Assembly: GCA_003697045.1 (NCBI GenBank)
Contig: RFGK01000276.1
Coordinates: forward strand, 1-52,393
DNA from: Planctomycetota bacterium
GTDB taxonomy: Bacteria; Planctomycetota; Phycisphaerae; Phycisphaerales; UBA1924
Length of the DNA stretch: 52,393 bases
Direction of reading: 5' to 3'
Positions 48,173-52,393 of this stretch are shown one piece after another. The notes below the pieces were generated by a model. It saw only the letters and a program-made list of their open reading frames with translations. It made no database searches and was not told the origin of the DNA. The position numbers and the translations under genes were made by a program. Within the stretch, counting starts at the first letter, position 1. The number at the start of each line of letters is the position of its first letter.

Positions 48173-48419
48173 CACCCCCCAGGCCGATCTCAACTCCCTG
48201 AAATGCCGTCCTGTCTGCGTGGATGCCCACTTCATCAGGCTCCCTCCCACGCGCACGCGGAGCCTTGCACGACGGCGTCACCGGTTCACGCAGCCCCCGC
48301 AACGGCAGGTCGCATCCAGCAGGCCCGGGATTGCAAGACCTTTGCGTCACGGCTCAAACTCAGTGAACTGCCCGATATACTCGACCGGGAGACCCCGCCG
48401 GGGTATTCGGGAGGCAACC

Positions 48420-49556
48420 ATGCGGATCATCGTCACCGGGCAGATCGGGCTCGACAAGAAACAGTACCTGTCCAACGTACAGGAGTTTGCCGGCCTTCAG
48501 GGCGAGACCATCAGCCTCTTCAACGTCGGCGACATGATGTACGCCGAAGCGCCCGATGTGCGCCCGGGTCGCATCCTGGACCTGCCGCTCTCGCGCCTCA
48601 ATGCCCTGCGCCGGGCCGCATTCAAGGACATCATCGCTGAATCACGCGGGATGGAGAACATCCTCGTCAACACCCACGCCACCTTTCGCTGGCGCCACGG
48701 CCTGTTCGCCGCATTCGATTTCGATCAGATCCGCAAACTCGAACCCGATGCATTCGTCTGCCTGCTCGACAACATTGAAGTCGTCCACCACCGCCTCCAC
48801 GCCGAGCACGACATCGACGCCACGCTGAAAGACTGCATGGTCTGGCGTGAAGAGGAAATCCTCGCCACCGAGCTGATGAGTCAGGCAATCCCCGGCAGCA
48901 AGTTCTACATCGTCAGCCGAGGACGCCACCAGGACACGACGCGGACCATGTTCCGCCTGTGCTGCCGCCCCGAGATGCGCAAAGTCTACCCGAGCTTTCC
49001 GATGAGCCACGTGGTCGACATGCCCGACGTGCAGGCCGAGATCGACCAGTTCCGTGCTGCGCTGGCCGAACACTTCATCACCTTCGACCCGGGCGATGTC
49101 GATGAAAAGTTGCTGCTCGATCGGGCCCTCGAGGCCGTCACGCAAGGCAAGGACTTCTTCGACCACATGCCCCACCAGCTGGGCGGCGTGCAGAGCCAGA
49201 TGCAGCCCATCCGCATGCGCACCCGCGAAGTGCTCGATATCGCCGGCGACATCGACGGACAAATCTACATGCGCGACTTCAAACTCATCGACCAGGCCGA
49301 CATGATCTGCTCGTTCGTCCCAGAACTGCCCGGCGAAGGCGGGAAATCCATCCCCGGTCTTTCCAGCGGCGTCGAACGCGAACTCCAGCACGCATGGGAA
49401 CATGCCAAGGAGGTCTACGTCGTCTGGAAGCCGAAGAAAAACCCATCGCCGTTCATCACCGAGACCGCGACCAAAGTCTTCGATTCCGTGGACGACGCGC
49501 TCACCTATTTCGACGAGCAGGGCATGTTCTCAGCTCGCAACCTGTTCGGAAACTGA
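48420..49556 (+). CDS. Fusion protein: adenylate-kinase-like domain (degenerate P-loop) + nucleoside 2-deoxyribosyltransferase/DNPH1-like domain
   Basis: The ATG at 48420 has GGGAGG 5 nt upstream. The N-terminal half parallels archaeal AdkA (IIVTG..., VNTHATFRW). The C-terminal half has SSGVERELQHAWEHAKEVYVVW. See the finding for this locus. Confidence 0.65.
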   Translation: MRIIVTGQIGLDKKQYLSNVQEFAGLQGETISLFNVGDMMYAEAPDVRPGRILDLPLSRLNALRRAAFKDIIAESRGMENILVNTHATFRWRHGLFAAFDFDQIRKLEPDAFVCLLDNIEVVHHRLHAEHDIDATLKDCMVWREEEILATELMSQAIPGSKFYIVSRGRHQDTTRTMFRLCCRPEMRKVYPSFPMSHVVDMPDVQAEIDQFRAALAEHFITFDPGDVDEKLLLDRALEAVTQGKDFFDHMPHQLGGVQSQMQPIRMRTREVLDIAGDIDGQIYMRDFKLIDQADMICSFVPELPGEGGKSIPGLSSGVERELQHAWEHAKEVYVVWKPKKNPSPFITETATKVFDSVDDALTYFDEQGMFSARNLFGN

Positions 49557-49612
49557 GCACGCCCGCGCACGCACCGCCCGGCGCGCCGAAGACCGGTTGC
49601 GAATCGCCGGCT

Positions 49613-50512
49613 TTACTCGCTTCGCGCTGTCTCGATCGCTTCCCGCAGGCACCGCGTCACAGGCCCGGGTGAACCATCCCCGATTGTCTCGGCCTCCACC
49701 CTCACCACCGGCAGCACGCCCCAACTTGAGTTGGTCAAAAACAGCTCATCTGCATCAAGCAGGTCGTCGATGGTCATCATGCGTCGTGCCGTTCCCATGC
49801 GACGCTGCCGGGCAGCCTCAATCACCGCCGCGCGCGTCGTGCCCGCCAAGACCGGGCTGGGTACGGCGCCTCTGTCCTCCTCCCCGTGCGCAATCGGCGT
49901 GTGCAATGATCCGTCCTTGACCGCAAACAGGTTGCTCACGCACCCACCCGCCACGTGATTGGTCACCTGAAGGAGAATCGCCTCACCCGCGCCCTTGCTT
50001 GCCGCCGCCTGCAGCTCGCGCAGCCGCGCCCAGTAGTTCAGCGTCTTGTGTCCTGCCGTTGGGTCCAGCGGATTGAGCCGCAAGTCTCCAAGCACGACCA
50101 TTACGCCGTGCTCGAACATCGCCTGCGGGTACGCCGTCGCCGGCTGGGCCGAGACCATCACCGTCGGCGTGTGATTGCTTCGGCCTTCACTCTCAAGCAG
50201 GTTCAAGTCCCCACCCGTCATCGTCAGCCTTACCCGTGCAAGGGCCAGCCCGCTTCGCTCAACTGTCAGACGAACCGCATCGGCCAGCGGCCCGGTACGG
50301 ACGTCGTTGCTGAGCCCAAGTTCGGCTGCTGACGCCGCAAGCCGGTCCAGGTGTTCATCAAGCTGGAACACCCGGACGCCATCACCCGTCAGGCGCGCCA
50401 GCATCGTCTCGAACAAGCCGACGCCGTGCATCAGCCCTGCGTCAAACGCCGAAATACGCGCTTCATCGCGCGAAACGATCTGTCCCTGGATGAACACGAG
50501 CGGCTCAGGCAT
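49613..50512 (-). CDS. Class IV (fold-type IV) PLP aminotransferase / aminodeoxychorismate-lyase-like
   Basis: FDAGLMHGVGLFET, HKTLNYW and LFLTNS blocks. ATG 9 nt after the nhaA stop. Confidence 0.75.
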   Translation of the reverse strand: MPEPLVFIQGQIVSRDEARISAFDAGLMHGVGLFETMLARLTGDGVRVFQLDEHLDRLAASAAELGLSNDVRTGPLADAVRLTVERSGLALARVRLTMTGGDLNLLESEGRSNHTPTVMVSAQPATAYPQAMFEHGVMVVLGDLRLNPLDPTAGHKTLNYWARLRELQAAASKGAGEAILLQVTNHVAGGCVSNLFAVKDGSLHTPIAHGEEDRGAVPSPVLAGTTRAAVIEAARQRRMGTARRMMTIDDLLDADELFLTNSSWGVLPVVRVEAETIGDGSPGPVTRCLREAIETARSE

Positions 50513-50521
50513 ACCGCCAGT

Positions 50522-51892
50522 CTAGTCGTGCACACCCTTCGGCCCGAGCATCAGCACTACAAGCCCCACCACGCCGGCAACCACCGATGCCCCGAGCACG
50601 CCCAGCTTGGCTGCATCCAGCGCAGCCGCATCACTGGCAAAGGCCAGATTCGCGATGAACAGCGCCATGGTAAACCCGATGCCCGCGAGCCACGCCGCAC
50701 CGTGAATGTGCTGCCAGCGCACACGCGGAGGAAGCTCACCCAGCCCCAGTTTGACCGCAATCCACGTCGCGCCAAATACGCCGATCGGCTTGCCCAGCAC
50801 CAGCCCGGCAACCACCCCCACCACAACACGCATGGGCATGGCCTGGCCGCTCTCATCACCCACCTCGATCGCCACACCCGCGTTGGCAAGCGCAAAGACC
50901 GGAAGGATGAGAAACGCCACCCATGGTACAAGTTGATGCTCAAGCCGGCGCAGAGGCGATTCGACCGCCTTGCCCGCGCGCTCGATGGCAAAGACCGCCA
51001 TTTGCTGTTCGCTCGTCGTCTTTCGAGGCCGATCATCGGCAATCTGTGATTCAAATCGGCCCAGCATGCGCTTGACGAAATCAACGTAGTGACGCTGGTC
51101 GACGCGCCTTCTGGCCGGAATGGTCAACGCCACCAGCACGCCCGCGATGGTGGCATGCACGCCGCTCTTGAGCACAAAGTACCAGATGACCACGCCGACA
51201 ACGATGTAGACCAGCGGATTGCGAAAGCCCAGCACGTTGAGCACAACCAGCACGCCCAGCCCGATGCCGGCATACCCGAGATAGGTCAACCCGATCTGCT
51301 CGGTGTAAAACACCGCGATGATGACCAGGGCGCCCAGGTCATCGGCAATCGCAAGCGACGTCAAGAACACCCGCACCGAACCCGGCACGCGCGACCCCAC
51401 CAGCGCGAGCACGCCCAGCGCAAAGGCGATGTCCGTCGCCATCGGCACGCCCCAGCCCCGCAGCGTCGGCTCGCCCCAGTTCACCGCGGCATAAATCAGC
51501 CCGGGCACCACCATGCCCCCGATCGCCGCTGCCACCGGAAGCGCTGCCTTGCGCGGCGAACTCAGATCACCCCCCAGAATCTCACGCTTGATCTCAAGCC
51601 CCACCAACAGAAAAAACACCGCCATGAGCAGGTCGTTGATCCACAAAATCAGAGGCTTGGACAGCGCCCAGGCTCCATAACCGACCGTCAACGTCCGCTC
51701 CTGGAATATCGCGCGGTACTCATCGCTCAGGTGCGAGTTGGCCCACAGCATCGCAAGCACCGCCATCACGATGAGCACGATTCCGCCCGAAGCCTCCATG
51801 CGCATGAATCGCTCGAACGGCGCCAACAGCCGCTCGGAGAGGAGTCGCTCGGTTTCCTGCGCAGGGTCGGGAATGTGCTTTGGTCCAGCCAT
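50522..51892 (-). CDS. nhaA: Na+/H+ antiporter NhaA
   Basis: ERFMRMEASGGIVLIV..LAMLWANS aligns to the E. coli NhaA N-terminus, and ATDIAFALGVL and AIADDLGA are conserved blocks. ATG at 51892 chosen, though it has no obvious SD. The upstream 123 codons of the track ORF look non-protein-like. Confidence 0.88.
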   Translation of the reverse strand: MAGPKHIPDPAQETERLLSERLLAPFERFMRMEASGGIVLIVMAVLAMLWANSHLSDEYRAIFQERTLTVGYGAWALSKPLILWINDLLMAVFFLLVGLEIKREILGGDLSSPRKAALPVAAAIGGMVVPGLIYAAVNWGEPTLRGWGVPMATDIAFALGVLALVGSRVPGSVRVFLTSLAIADDLGALVIIAVFYTEQIGLTYLGYAGIGLGVLVVLNVLGFRNPLVYIVVGVVIWYFVLKSGVHATIAGVLVALTIPARRRVDQRHYVDFVKRMLGRFESQIADDRPRKTTSEQQMAVFAIERAGKAVESPLRRLEHQLVPWVAFLILPVFALANAGVAIEVGDESGQAMPMRVVVGVVAGLVLGKPIGVFGATWIAVKLGLGELPPRVRWQHIHGAAWLAGIGFTMALFIANLAFASDAAALDAAKLGVLGASVVAGVVGLVVLMLGPKGVHD

Positions 51893-51970
51893 GGAAAGCA
51901 AGTGAAAGCCCGACTGTGTGCCGACGCCACTGTCCAAAATCCGCAACTGAAGTCCGAAATAACAGCGTAG

Positions 51971-52015
51971 ACAAAAAAGACGCCGGGCGACGTGGATGGG
52001 CTGACGTCGCCCGGC
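51971..52015 (-). terminator. Intrinsic terminator/attenuator hairpin 79 nt upstream of nhaA
   Basis: Minus strand: GCCGGGCGACGT-(10-nt loop)-ACGTCGCCCGGC (12-bp perfect stem) followed by GTCTTTTTTGT. Confidence 0.8.
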
Positions 52016-52326
52016 TCGGCGTGGGAAGAAAGGAGGCCGATTCTTTTTTTCAATGCGGGTCGCGGTGAAAGCCGCGCCGCGACCCACAGTCACCCCGAGG
52101 GGTGAACCACCCCTCTCTCCACGAGGCACCGTCCACCCCTTCCCGGACGGCACCCGTCTCGGCTGATCCCGCACTGGACGCCCTACCCACCCGGCGACGG
52201 CCCAACCTGTCCATACCGTGCCGATGCACTTCTGCGCCGACACATCTCCATGCGGCTGCACACATCACCGCACCATCACTCCGTTCTCTCAAACAAACTG
52301 TCCGGGCGACTTGCCCCTCAAGACCC

Positions 52327-52342
52327 GGGATGGATCCATCCC
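52327..52342. repeat. 16-bp perfect palindrome GGGATGGATCCATCCC
   Basis: Read directly from the sequence. It lies in the ORF-poor region upstream of nhaA. Confidence 0.9.
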
Positions 52343-52393
52343 GTTCAATCCGATGCAAGGTGTTCTCACCCCTTGTTCGGGGAACTCTGAAAA

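Noticed and set aside
52050-52358. 102-aa minus-strand ORF upstream of nhaA, and the 123-codon N-terminal extension of the nhaA track ORF (51893-52261).
   Set aside because: Both translations are Gly/Arg/Trp/Cys-rich, lack an SD and run straight through strong hairpins and the intrinsic terminator. NhaA homology begins shortly after the ATG at 51892.
52016-52393. Possible RNase P RNA or tmRNA on the minus strand. The region contains GAGGGGCAAGTCGCCCGGAC, GGTGCGGTGA and GGCACGGTA, reminiscent of RNase P CR-I/II/III, and a 5' GGGGTGA...TTGAACGGG reminiscent of tmRNA.
   Set aside because: The near-invariant GGAAAGUCCGGGC and ACAGAAnCCGGCUUA of bacterial RNase P are absent. There is no T-arm plus acceptor 3' strand and no tag ORF for tmRNA. 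The resemblances are short and GC-biased. The question is left open only as 'unassigned structured RNA' in the findings.
1-52393. Scanned for CRISPR-like spaced direct repeats, transposase/integrase genes, toxin-antitoxin pairs and classic defence genes.
   Set aside because: None were seen by eye. The only repeated sequences are the dockerin-like modules and short GC-rich hairpin arms. A computational repeat search (for example a self dot-plot or minced) would be needed to exclude short arrays rigorously.

Overview
High-GC bacterial chromosomal segment with very dense coding. By inference it comes from a Planctomycetota (Phycisphaerae-like) genome: two secreted proteins end in paired D-x-D-G-x-x-D-F-F-D modules terminating in ...GCP, one has a PEP-CTERM-like tail, and antisense ORFs are long as expected at high GC. 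The window opens inside a 16S rRNA gene (minus strand, 5' ~326 nt) and carries dnaA with a 473-nt upstream gap that is a candidate oriC/dnaA control region. I call 38 protein genes, one tRNA-Leu(UAG), five hairpin+T-tract terminators and a few tentative promoters. Most content is core housekeeping: rpmB, rpmA, kdsA, plsY, tmk, upp, radA, sucD, queC/E/D, htrA-type protease, nhaA, mcsA/mcsB and an RND pump. I found no transposase, integrase, CRISPR array, toxin-antitoxin pair or recognisable defence island, and cannot honestly point to a clear multi-gene novel system. The two best leads are single loci. (1) A 378-aa fusion of an archaeal-type adenylate-kinase-like domain with a broken P-loop to a nucleoside-2-deoxyribosyltransferase/DNPH1-like domain (48420-49556). 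(2) A >370-nt ORF-poor, hairpin-rich region ending in a perfect intrinsic terminator 79 nt upstream of nhaA (51893-52393), which may be a riboswitch/attenuator or an unassigned ncRNA. Lesser oddities: a shared Cys-bracketed dockerin-like tail on a 1449-aa S8 protease and a beta-propeller protein; an RND adaptor with a ~130-aa insertion; an orphan sucD; an overlapping TamB-like/LOG/lipoprotein operon; mcsA-mcsB-comF without ctsR/clpC; and several unusually long non-coding gaps. All functional calls come from by-eye motif recognition in the supplied translations, and no database search was run. The ORF track translates GTG/TTG starts as M, so several starts were re-picked from SD spacing and neighbouring stops.
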